This document shows, in pieces, positions 34,984-44,434 of a stretch of DNA of 64,000 bases. The stretch spans positions 10,429 to 74,428 of the forward strand of contig CAYUTQ010000004.1 of assembly GCA_964447805.1 (NCBI GenBank), read 5' to 3'. The notes below the pieces were generated by a model, which was not told where the DNA came from, did not search any database, and saw only the letters and a list, made by a program, of their open reading frames with translations. Position 1 is the first letter of the stretch; every line of letters begins with the position of its first letter. The position numbers were made by a program, and so were the translations under genes. This DNA is from an uncultured Clostridia bacterium. Lineage in GTDB: Bacteria; Bacillota; Clostridia; Tissierellales; DATGTQ01.

Positions 34984-35993
34984 TAAAATATAGTAATAGC
35001 AAGAGTTTGAGCCATTGAATGTGTGGATGACATTTGATGGTTTTTGTATGTGGAAACATATCCACTTGATTTTTTAATCAGTGGTGATGAACTGCACTTC
35101 AAAGACTGGAAGACCACAAGTAAGGGAATTTGACAAATTTAGTAAGAAGATTAATCAAAATAATCAGGTAAACAAAGAAGAAAGACTAGAAATACAGTTT
35201 GAATTAGGAATAGTGATGGAACAGATGGTGGATTATTATGATTAAATAAATAGGAGCAGTAACATAGATTAAGGAAAAGTTACTGATTTGATGTTAATAT
35301 GAATATTCTAAGATTAAAGTCTTCAGACAGAGCTAAGGGTTTTAATGTTGGCGTATTTTGTAGAAATGAATAGGTAAAATAATCTTTATATTTAGTAAAT
35401 GATGGAATCATAGGTTAAGAAAACATGGAGTATGCTATAAAATTAAAGTATGTTATCTCTTAAATTGTTACGGTGTATTTATGTATGTAATAAATAATAA
35501 TAGATTTTTTGAAAATCTAAGATAAATATTCTATAAATTTATTCTAAAAAAATTTTTTAGAGACTGACATAAGGAATATAAATGAGGAGAAGTCCATAGA
35601 AAGGATGCATTTAATGCTGCTTAAGATGATATTGCTAATAATTATTTGATCAAGGATTGTTATCATGTTTTACTTGACAAAATAATTATTAGCAATTTAA
35701 GAAAACTATAAAATTAATCAGATAAAATTATTCAGAGGTCTATGTCACGTATGTTTGACTACCTAGAATTAGACATTTTAAATATTTTGACTCCATTTTA
35801 CTGATAATAGTTTATAGGATTGAATAACTATTTAAAAGTGTTAAAGTATAAGATAGATTTGTTAGAGTATGGTTTTATTATTGTACGTTACGCAAATTAA
35901 CCATTATGAAAAAACACGTTTCTTGCAGGATACCCTCCAACACCCTCTACTGAAACTACTTGGCAATTTAAATTTTGTATGGAGGGATGTTCT

Positions 35994-36155
35994 ATGACAT
36001 TTGGAAAGAAAATAAGAGAAGCAAGAAAACAGAACGGATTGTCTCAAGAGGAATTGGCAAAAAGATTATTCGTATCAAGAACTGCGATAATAAAATGGGA
36101 ACCCTATAAGGGAATGCCGGATATTGAAAATTTAAAAATGATTTCTAGACTCTAA
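35994..36155 (+). pseudogene. Truncated XRE-family HTH regulator (53 aa, cut off by an IS remnant)
   Basis: FGKKIREARKQNGLSQEELAKRLFVSRTAIIKWE is a canonical Cro/C1 HTH. The ORF ends abruptly where the ISL3-like sequence begins. Confidence 0.55.
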
Positions 36156-36159
36156 CAAT

Positions 36160-36993
36160 CTATAAATTTTTGTATTTGTAGTACCAGCTTTAACTATTTT
36201 CTTAATTGAAGACAATGGTTTATTATTTATTTCTTTTTCGATCTTTTTTACTTCAGCTTTTATTTCTACATTTGCTTTTAAATGATTCATTAAAAACTTC
36301 TTGCAGTAATCCGTAAGATTCTTTAATAAATGAAATCTATCACTGACTTGAATTGCTCCTGGATGAGAATTTTAAATGGAATTAGAATATGTAATAGAGC
36401 CATTTCGTGAAACTACCTTAAGATTTGGAAATGTCTTCCAGGTAACTATATCATTATATTCCCTAGAGTTAAGCATATCAACAACTCTATGAGTATCTAT
36501 ATCAATCATAACTGTTCCATAGGTTTCACGCTTTTTTATTGCAAAATAATCAATATACCTTTTTTATATTATTCTTATTAATACTTATCATTATTTTTTA
36601 AGAAATTGCAAATAGTACTTTTTCCTATGCTCGAAATTCTAGTATTTATCATCTTCACATCTGATATAGAGCTAACGTTTTGAGATATATTAATTGCTTC
36701 ATTTTGTAAACGGCTAGTCTTTTTATATTTAAACTCAATAAAATCAAAAGTTTAGGTAAATGTTGTATGCTTACAATCCTTGTTTACACAGAACATCTTT
36801 CTATTGCTTACTGTATAGTCAGATCTTGAAAGTTCCTTTTATAATGTGAATGTACTTTAGTAGAATGAGTATTGCAATATGGACATATAGCATATTCACG
36901 TACTGACCTTACATTTATATAAATATTATCATTTAAGATAGAATAATCAACATATTCTAGATTTTCATCTAATAGTTTAATAAGTTCTTTCAT
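36160..36993 (-). pseudogene. ISL3-family transposase, degraded (multiple frameshifts/stops)
   Basis: The N-terminal zf-ISL3 piece is intact (36808-36993: CPYCNTHSTKVHSHYKRNFQDL). Downstream minus-strand frames give fragments such as DRFHLLKNLTDY, interrupted by stops. Confidence 0.65.
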
Positions 36994-37019
36994 ATAAAAA
37001 TCTTGTGAAGAGTATAATA

Positions 37020-37530
37020 AATCAGAGGTTTTAAATATAGTAGATAGAAAGTTTAATGATAAAAAAACTAGAAGTAGCAGTAAGTGATCTGACCTATGTT
37101 AGGGTAAAAAATAAATGGAATTATATATGTACTCTAATAGACCTTCATAATAGAGAGAGAATCTATTATTCATTTGGAAGAAATAAAGGTGTTAGTTTAA
37201 TGGAGAGAGTTCTTTTGAGCTATAGATATTCTTTAAGAGATATAAAAGCATTTCATTCAGATGGTGTTAGAAAATATGATAATAAAAAAAGAAGATGTAC
37301 TACAAAACTTTAAAAATTGAAGACTAAGTAGAAAAGGAAATCCTTATAACAATGCTGTAAGTGAAGTCATAAATAAAATATTAAAACAAAATTGATATAT
37401 AAGAACTCATTTAAAGCTTTGGAGAAATTGAAATGGGACTATCGAAATATATTTATTGGTACAACAATATTAGAACTCACGGAGTTTTAGATCATATAAC
37501 TTTCCTGGAATATAGAAAAACAATCAGCTA
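37020..37530 (+). pseudogene. IS3-family transposase (integrase-core) remnant
   Basis: VSDLTYVRVKNKWNYICTLIDLHNRE...FHSDGV is a decayed rve domain (normally DxTY...W.Y......D...R...HSD.G). The C-terminal NPYNNAVSE...YNN.R.H block appears in shifted frames. Confidence 0.6.
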
Positions 37531-38214
37531 GAATAAATAATAATATGATATTGAGAATAATTTTGTATAAAAAAGTTATCATTCTACAGGAAAATTTTAA
37601 TTTTGCTAAAATATTTAATAACTTAAGTAAAAAAATGTCGCAACATGTTGAAAATCCAGGTAAATATCTTGTTGATATAAATGACAGTATAATACATAAT
37701 TAATATAAAGATATTATTACTAATTTTATAAAAATCAGTTGCTTAAATTGTAAAAGAAAAATAAGAGAAATATTGGATTGACATAATACATTAAAGATAA
37801 GATGAGATTTTAATGACTAGAAAGTGTTACTGTGAAGATTCAAATGAAGCAAATATTCTGTTGACGATGTTAATTAACTTATCTACAAGGCTATATAATT
37901 AGGCATAAATTTTTAGAAGAAATTTTAATAGGCAAGATGTTTTTAAATGATTGAAGCACAGAATAATAAGGTAAAAGGTCCAAAATTAGATAAATTAATG
38001 TTATTAAAAGTTAATTGACGTTCATACAAGGGCTTTCGGATCCTTAACATAATATTAGGTCGTACTTATATTATTTAACATAGAGAGGCGAAAACCCTTT
38101 TTGAAAATAGAGATATTTTAGAGTTATAAGAAAAAGTCACTGTTTATATTATAGTGATTCCAAGTGTTAGGAGTTATGATTAACGCTATTATCATGTTAA
38201 AGGAGGTGAACAAA

Positions 38215-38306
38215 ATGAGTAAAAAAGAAAAAAACCTTCAATAGTAAAAGTGAAAGTTTCAGAAGGTCCTTCTGGAGCTTCTGGTACATGCCATTGTAGT
38301 AACTAA
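38215..38306 (+). CDS. Candidate RiPP precursor peptide, split by a frame change in an A-run (MSKKEK[K/N]-PSIVKVKVSEGPSGASGTCHCSN)
   Basis: A strong RBS AAGGAGGTG lies 6 nt before ATG 38215. The zero frame stops after 9 codons (TAG 38242). The -1 frame from CCT 38235 runs to TAA 38304-38306 and ends in GTCHCSN. A stem-loop follows, and radical SAM maturase genes lie directly downstream. Confidence 0.5.
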
Positions 38307-38309
38307 TCT

Positions 38310-38341
38310 GAAGAGGGCAATATTATATTGCTCTCTTCTTT
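38310..38341 (+). terminator. Stem-loop after the precursor ORF (attenuator-type, weak T tract)
   Basis: GAAGAGGGCAATA (38310-38322) pairs with TATTGCTCTCTTC (38326-38338), 13 bp with one G-U. It is followed by TTT. Confidence 0.4.
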
Positions 38342-38529
38342 ATAAAATGAGTATAGGTAATAACTTTATACACAAAATTTAAAGGAGATCAATAGGATGA
38401 TATTTCCGGTGTACTCTGGGGATATTGATATAAAAGTTAGCGGTGAGGCTTTATAGCATGCCCTTAAAACAAAGTAAAGTGACACTCTAGGACTTTTGAG
38501 AGTGTACTAATATAAATAGGGGGGAATTT

Positions 38530-39756
38530 ATGTTAGGATTTTCAAATAAGATAATAATTCTCAAAGATAAAATTAAAATTAAAATTAAAAATAGTTGTGA
38601 TTTTTATGATATTAATGATGAGATGTATGATTACTTGAAAAGATTATATGAAAGTGGTTTTAAAGAATTTAATTGTGAAAAAGATGTAGATCAATTTTTG
38701 ATTGATGAAAATATTGTTATAACGGTAAATTCAAACAATAAATATAATCCGTTTGTAAAAAAGCAAAAACATATTCAAACAGAATTAAATAGAGTATTTA
38801 TTCAAGTTACTGAGCAATGTAATTTAAGATGCAAACACTGTTATGTTGAATCGTGTCCGAGCAAAACAACGAAATTAACGAAAAAAGATATAATTCAATT
38901 CGTAGAAAAAGCTATTGAGGTTGGTATAACCCAAGTTGATTTTACTGGCGGGGAAATTTTTATGGAAGATTATATTTTTGAATTATTGGAATATTTATCT
39001 CAGAAGCCAGTAACAGTAACTTTATTCTCAAATCTAACAATTTTAAATGAAAAACAAATTTTAAAATTGAAGAAGTATAGTTGCTTAAGAGATATAATCA
39101 CAAGTATCGATTATAATACACCTGAAAAGCACAATGCTTTTAGAGGTGGGAAAAATGCATACCAAAAAACACAAAATAACATTAAGTTGTTATTAGATTC
39201 TGGAATAAAAGTAAAAGTTAATACCATGGTTATGGATGACAATCACCAAGATGTAGTTGAAATATTTAAAGGTTTTACGGCTAAAGGTATTATATGTAAT
39301 TTAGATAACATAATTCCTGAAGAAAGAATGAGAACTAAAAAAGAAATAAATGAGAATGTTAAAAAGAATGCGTTGGTTATTTCAACAATAATGAACTGTT
39401 TCCAAGAGAAAAAAGAAATATGTATAAAAAATATAGAGACATTTAACAAGGAAATATCAGGAGAGTTTTGTGGTGTAGGAAAATCTATGATTTATATTAC
39501 GGCATATGGTGACGTAACATTATGTCCAAGCCTTACTGAAGGCTTCAAATTAGGAACTATATATGATAAGGATCTATCAAACATTGTAGATAACTTGAAG
39601 AAATTTAATAAACTTAGTTGTGAAAAAAGTGATTGCGAATTTATTGAAAAATGTACTGGTGGATGCAGAGCAAGAGCAATGAGATATTTAGGAGGAATAA
39701 CGAACCCTGATCCTGTAGCTTGTATTAAGTTTGGAGTTGATAAGTATGAAAATTAA
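38530..39756 (+). CDS. Radical SAM/SPASM peptide maturase with N-terminal RRE-like extension
   Basis: CNLRCKHC (CxxxCxxC), and C-terminal SPASM Cys motifs (CGVGKS..YGDVTLCPS; CEKSDCEFIEKCTGGCRARA). About 90 aa precede the rSAM core. Confidence 0.85.
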   Translation: MLGFSNKIIILKDKIKIKIKNSCDFYDINDEMYDYLKRLYESGFKEFNCEKDVDQFLIDENIVITVNSNNKYNPFVKKQKHIQTELNRVFIQVTEQCNLRCKHCYVESCPSKTTKLTKKDIIQFVEKAIEVGITQVDFTGGEIFMEDYIFELLEYLSQKPVTVTLFSNLTILNEKQILKLKKYSCLRDIITSIDYNTPEKHNAFRGGKNAYQKTQNNIKLLLDSGIKVKVNTMVMDDNHQDVVEIFKGFTAKGIICNLDNIIPEERMRTKKEINENVKKNALVISTIMNCFQEKKEICIKNIETFNKEISGEFCGVGKSMIYITAYGDVTLCPSLTEGFKLGTIYDKDLSNIVDNLKKFNKLSCEKSDCEFIEKCTGGCRARAMRYLGGITNPDPVACIKFGVDKYEN

Positions 39757-39790
39757 GAGAAATTTTTTATAAAAAATAATAGGAGATGAA

Positions 39791-39955
39791 ATGTTAATTA
39801 TAAATATGTCTACTGGAGAAATATTTGAATTGAGTAAAGAGTATATTGATGTAATTGAAAAAATATATAGTGGGATAAATATTGATAATGAATGTGAGAG
39901 TAATTTGGTTAAGGAGCTTGAGATGGAAGGGGTAATTAATCTTGAATATTGTTGA
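39791..39955 (+). CDS. PqqD-like small peptide-chaperone (RRE) protein, 54 aa
   Basis: AGGAG RBS. The sequence MLIINMSTGEIFELSKEYIDVIEKIYSGINID...LVKELEMEGVI fits the PqqD pattern (xxG.i..Ln......w.l..G...........L..L...G.I). It is not in the supplied ORF track because it is short. Confidence 0.55.
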   Translation: MLIINMSTGEIFELSKEYIDVIEKIYSGINIDNECESNLVKELEMEGVINLEYC

Positions 39956-41096
39956 TAAGCTAAAAAAAATAAACGAATATTCTTTTTTCGCAGATTATCA
40001 TCCTAGTAATTTTATTAGAAGAATAGCATACAAAGCGTTTACTAAAAATGTAAGACCAACTGAACCAAGTTTTGTATCTTGGAACTTAGTGAATGAATGT
40101 AATTTAAACTGCTTTTTCTGTAGTGCTGATGCGAATAAAAAGAAATCCAAAGAACTTGATTATGAAAGTTGTATGAAAATAGTTGACTATTTAATCCAAA
40201 ATAAAGTCTCATATATACAGCTCTTAGGGGGAGAACCTACCCTTCATTCTAGATATCTAGATATTATTGAAAAATTAATTTATTCCAATATATTCGTCGA
40301 ATTAGTAACAAACGGGAGCGGAATTGACTCTGATGCAGCTGAACGATTTTCGAAAATGCCTAAGGAATTTTTAAGAATAAAGGTGAGTTTGGATTCATCA
40401 GATAAAATTATTAATGACAAGCAGAGAGGAAAAAATAGCTTTCAATATGCTACCAATGCTATAAGTCTCTTATCAGATCGAGGCATTATCAATTTGAGAG
40501 TTCAAATGGTGGTGACAAATTTTAACAAGGATAATATTTTTGAAATGTATAAATATCTACATAAATATAATCTAAATTCATTTGGAATAACTATGCTACT
40601 CCCAACGGGAAGAGGTAAGGAATTTGAACCTCCTGAAATAGATCACAATATACTTGATCAAATTTTAGCGATGATTGATTATTATGATGATAAAAAGAAA
40701 ATTAAGCTGGAGAAATTTCATTTTGGTTATATCCAAAACATTATGAAGGAAGAGAGTATTTGCTATGGGGAAATAGATGAAAAAACCTCAAATTTAATAT
40801 TTAAGATTAAATGTAGCACTGGAATAGTTAAAATGAACATTGACTCTAATGGAGATGTATATCCTTGTGATTATCTTAGATTTCCTGAATTTAAAATGGG
40901 CAATATATTAACAGACACTCATGATGAGATATGGAATAATAAAAAATTCTTAGAATTGGTAAATCTTAACAGAAATGATAAGAAAGAATGTAGCTCTTGT
41001 AAGCATAAAAAGTGTTGTACAGGTTGTACAGGGCTTGCTTATGAAAAATATAGAGACATTAGGAGAAAAGACCCAAACTGTAAGATTGTAAATTAG
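39942..41096 (+). CDS. Radical SAM/SPASM peptide maturase (second)
   Basis: CNLNCFFC cluster motif. The SPASM region has SNGDVYPCDY and CSSCKHKKCCTGCTG. Confidence 0.85.
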   Translation: MNIVDKLKKINEYSFFADYHPSNFIRRIAYKAFTKNVRPTEPSFVSWNLVNECNLNCFFCSADANKKKSKELDYESCMKIVDYLIQNKVSYIQLLGGEPTLHSRYLDIIEKLIYSNIFVELVTNGSGIDSDAAERFSKMPKEFLRIKVSLDSSDKIINDKQRGKNSFQYATNAISLLSDRGIINLRVQMVVTNFNKDNIFEMYKYLHKYNLNSFGITMLLPTGRGKEFEPPEIDHNILDQILAMIDYYDDKKKIKLEKFHFGYIQNIMKEESICYGEIDEKTSNLIFKIKCSTGIVKMNIDSNGDVYPCDYLRFPEFKMGNILTDTHDEIWNNKKFLELVNLNRNDKKECSSCKHKKCCTGCTGLAYEKYRDIRRKDPNCKIVN

Positions 41097-41116
41097 AAGG
41101 AAAAGAGGTATACGGA

Positions 41117-41941
41117 ATGTTATACAATAATTTTGAAGAAGCAACTGTAGAGATTGAAAGCAGTATAATCGAGAAAATTGATTTTGAAAAATTAATAAAT
41201 GACTGCATTAAAATGGGATTTAATAAGTGTATTATTCATATTGAAGAGGAGAAAAAAATGAAACAAATAAATAAATATCTTCTCAAATATAACAGTGAAA
41301 TTGAGTTTTATGTTTATCAGGATAGGCTGTTAAATAAGCAAGAAAATCAAGAAGTATTCTATATGAGTGAGCAATTAAAGGAGGATCCACATATAAATGA
41401 GATATTTATCTATAACTTAGATTTCAATAAAGATAACTCCATAGAAGGTATGCTGGATTTTTTCAAGGAAAAAGAAGAAATCTTAGAAAGATATGAATAC
41501 ATTATTATTAAAATTTTTTTTGTTAAGAAGATCTTAATTAATATGAAACAGTTTAATGATGCATTACAGAAAATTCCGAGAAGTGTAAAAATATATTATG
41601 AATCAAGTTTTATTCCAACACAAACTTGTATTGAACATCCGTGTAATATATATTTATGCTCTGGGGCAAATTGCCATACAGTAAAAAGTAAGTTTCCAAG
41701 AGAACTTTATATTGATGAAAGTGGAAGTATTATTCCGTATGGAATTAAAAATAAGGAATTAACAGTTGGGAATATTTTAAAAGAATCATTAGCGTTAAAT
41801 CTCGAAAAATATAATAAATCTCCTGCTCATAATAAATTCATTGAAAATTGTAGATATATCAGAGCTGAATATCTTACAATTTGGTCATTTTCTTTTTTCC
41901 CATTTGGAGGTATTGTAAATGTCATATCAGAAAAATCTTAA
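41117..41941 (+). CDS. Hypothetical protein with Cys-rich SPASM/twitch-like C-terminal segment but no CxxxCxxC
   Basis: 274 aa with AAGAGG RBS. Contains CIEHPCNIYLCSGANCH and DESGSIIPYG (resembling the SPASM G-x-x-PC context). Its end overlaps the next rSAM gene. Confidence 0.6.
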   Translation: MLYNNFEEATVEIESSIIEKIDFEKLINDCIKMGFNKCIIHIEEEKKMKQINKYLLKYNSEIEFYVYQDRLLNKQENQEVFYMSEQLKEDPHINEIFIYNLDFNKDNSIEGMLDFFKEKEEILERYEYIIIKIFFVKKILINMKQFNDALQKIPRSVKIYYESSFIPTQTCIEHPCNIYLCSGANCHTVKSKFPRELYIDESGSIIPYGIKNKELTVGNILKESLALNLEKYNKSPAHNKFIENCRYIRAEYLTIWSFSFFPFGGIVNVISEKS

Positions 41942-42788
41942 CATTTATGTAAGTAATATTTGCAATTTAAATTGTAAATATTGTTATAGAGAAAAGAGCA
42001 AGCATAATATTAAAAAAACTCATTCAGAACAAATATTAGAAAAACTTAATGAATTTAAAGAAAAAGGGATAGAATCCATTCATTTTACTGGAGGAGAACC
42101 TTTATTGTGGCCAGAGCTTTTAGAAACATTAAGAGATGTAAAAAAATTTGGATTTATGACTAACATTACAACTAATTGTACAATTGAAATACCTGAAGAA
42201 CTTATTAAATTAGTTGATAAATTTATTCTAAGTATAGATGGACTGCAAAATACAATGAGAGTTCATAGAGGAATTCAGGATTTTCATATCATTGAAAAAA
42301 ATTTAAATAAACTTATGAAGAATAACAGCTGTATAGACTTAAATGTAGTTGTAAGTAACCATAATTTGGATGTATTTCATTCAGAAATATTCAAAATTAT
42401 AGAAAAATATATGCTTAAAGACAATATAGGAAAGGTTACAATATTATGCGTATATAGTAAAGATTTAAAATTTAAGCTAGAAAATGGTGATATCCTAACA
42501 TTTAACAAGAATGTGCAAAAACTTATAGAATTATTAGGGTATAAAATTAATATTCAAAATAATATTTTCTCTAAAAATAAATTTTTAGAATTATTAGACA
42601 TAGGTGCATTTAAATTTCCTATTTGGTTCGATATAACAGAAAAGGTGTTTTACACTAGCATAAAGAATAAATATAATACCTTAGATGATTTATTTGATAA
42701 TTACAATGATGATAGTCAGAAATTAATTGAAAATCTTTTAAGCCATAATAATGACTATCTAGATCCAATTGGAGGAGCTATAGAATGA
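41919..42788 (+). CDS. Radical SAM enzyme (third; no SPASM domain)
   Basis: CNLNCKYC near the N-terminus, GGEPLL SAM-binding motif, 289 aa. GGAGG RBS. Confidence 0.8.
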   Translation: MSYQKNLNIYVSNICNLNCKYCYREKSKHNIKKTHSEQILEKLNEFKEKGIESIHFTGGEPLLWPELLETLRDVKKFGFMTNITTNCTIEIPEELIKLVDKFILSIDGLQNTMRVHRGIQDFHIIEKNLNKLMKNNSCIDLNVVVSNHNLDVFHSEIFKIIEKYMLKDNIGKVTILCVYSKDLKFKLENGDILTFNKNVQKLIELLGYKINIQNNIFSKNKFLELLDIGAFKFPIWFDITEKVFYTSIKNKYNTLDDLFDNYNDDSQKLIENLLSHNNDYLDPIGGAIE

Positions 42789-43717
42789 ATATTGTTCAGA
42801 TAAAGAATTGTAGTAAAAAATATAATAAAAATGAATTTTTCAGTATAGAAAATATTGATTTAAAAATCGGGAAAGGTGAGATAGTTGGACTTATCGGACC
42901 TAATGGAGCCGGTAAGACAACACTTATAAAAACTTTAAGCGGACTTTTAAAACCAACAGAATATGAAGAATTTAAAATCTTAGGAGATGATATCTATAAA
43001 GGAAAAATGAAAGTCCCTAAGGTTGGCTTGGTTTTGAATTCAAACCAGATGTATGATGGCTTAACTGTTATGGAAAATATTCAATTTTTCTTGAAAATGC
43101 ACAAAATAAAGAAAAACAAAGATGAAATTATGAGCCTGCTAAAAAGGTTTAATCTGCAAGGTCGAGAAAGTTCCCTAGTTAATAGTTTATCCACTGGAAT
43201 GAAGCAGAAGCTTAACATAATAAGAATTGTTCTATTAGAGGTTCAATTTTTAATACTGGACGAACCTACAAGTGGGTTGGATCCTGTATCTAAATCAGAT
43301 GTTCACAATCTGTTATATACACTTTCTAAAGAAATGAATATAACTATTTTAATAAGTTCGCATATTATGAATGAGGTTCAAAGACTTTGCACCAGAGTTG
43401 TGTTCCTTAATAAGGGGCAGATCATAAAAGATAACAATATGGACGATATTTTTAAGGAATTCCATAAGGATGTTATAGAGCTTAGGATATCTAAAGATGA
43501 GACCAAAGAAATGGATAAGAGGCTTAGAGATTACGGCATAAAGAAATACATTATTTGGAGTCAGAATGATAACAGCACTGCCTTAATAATGGAGAAGATA
43601 GCACGTAAGGAGACTTTTATTTCAAAGCTTCAAATAAGTTCGTTCAATGAAAGACCTGTACAATTAGAAGATGTATTTTTCTATGAATTGTATAAGGATA
43701 GATTGGAGGGAAACTAA
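42785..43717 (+). CDS. ABC-2-type transporter ATPase (export/immunity)
   Basis: Walker A GPNGAGKTT, signature LSTGMKQK and Walker B LILDEPTSGLD. Confidence 0.85.
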   Translation: MNIVQIKNCSKKYNKNEFFSIENIDLKIGKGEIVGLIGPNGAGKTTLIKTLSGLLKPTEYEEFKILGDDIYKGKMKVPKVGLVLNSNQMYDGLTVMENIQFFLKMHKIKKNKDEIMSLLKRFNLQGRESSLVNSLSTGMKQKLNIIRIVLLEVQFLILDEPTSGLDPVSKSDVHNLLYTLSKEMNITILISSHIMNEVQRLCTRVVFLNKGQIIKDNNMDDIFKEFHKDVIELRISKDETKEMDKRLRDYGIKKYIIWSQNDNSTALIMEKIARKETFISKLQISSFNERPVQLEDVFFYELYKDRLEGN

Positions 43718-44434
43718 ATGCTTATATACCTTATGTTAAAAAGTCTTCTTCGAAATAAGTGGAACATGGTTAAATTATTTTTAATCTCCCCTGTAAATGC
43801 TGTTCTTCCAGTAATCTTATTAAGTGGTGTAATAGGCACAAATATAGATAAAACCATAATTCTAAAGATTTGCTTGTGGTCATGTTTTTATTTTACTATA
43901 TTCGAGATAATCTCAAGGAGGATGGAATTTTTTGGGAGTGAGAAAATTCAGGATGTGTTACTTTCGAGAATTAGCTTACATAAATATAATTTCTATCAGA
44001 CAGTTGCGGTAAATATTTTATATATTCCATCGCTTCTTATAACACTGTATCTTTATGATTTTATATTCCATTTGAATATTGATTTTATATTTGCAATTAT
44101 TTGTGCTTTCTTTGTTTTTATCAATAATGTAATTGTGAGCAACATCATGCTTGCCGTTCACTTAAAAACCCAAAACTATTTCAATAGGTTCAACTTTGGA
44201 ATGGATATTATCTATATAATAAGTGGTGTATTATACCCTATAAGTATACTTCCAAGATTTCTAAGAGGAGTTTCACAGCTTATACCAATAACCCATGTTA
44301 TTAGTTTCTCTGAAGGAAATGTTTCTCATATAGAAATAGCAATTTTGGTTTTTTTAATTATGATGGCGTTTGCATTATGGAACACAGAAAAAAGCATAAA
44401 GAAGTACATTTTATCAGGAGGATTCTATGGGTAG
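43718..44434 (+). CDS. ABC-2 family permease
   Basis: 238 aa with multiple hydrophobic helices, abutting the ATPase stop. Confidence 0.7.
   Translation: MLIYLMLKSLLRNKWNMVKLFLISPVNAVLPVILLSGVIGTNIDKTIILKICLWSCFYFTIFEIISRRMEFFGSEKIQDVLLSRISLHKYNFYQTVAVNILYIPSLLITLYLYDFIFHLNIDFIFAIICAFFVFINNVIVSNIMLAVHLKTQNYFNRFNFGMDIIYIISGVLYPISILPRFLRGVSQLIPITHVISFSEGNVSHIEIAILVFLIMMAFALWNTEKSIKKYILSGGFYG

Noticed and set aside
34842-35117. A 91-aa minus-strand ORF spanning the rlmD 3' end.
   Set aside because: It is mostly antisense to rlmD, with no RBS or recognisable domains. It is probably spurious.
38215-38306. Whether the small peptide is a SCIFF-type ranthipeptide or a known sactipeptide precursor.
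   Set aside because: SCIFF peptides carry six Cys in about 45 aa, and known sactipeptides have 3-4 spaced Cys. This peptide has only two Cys in a C-terminal CHC motif. I left it unassigned rather than naming a class.
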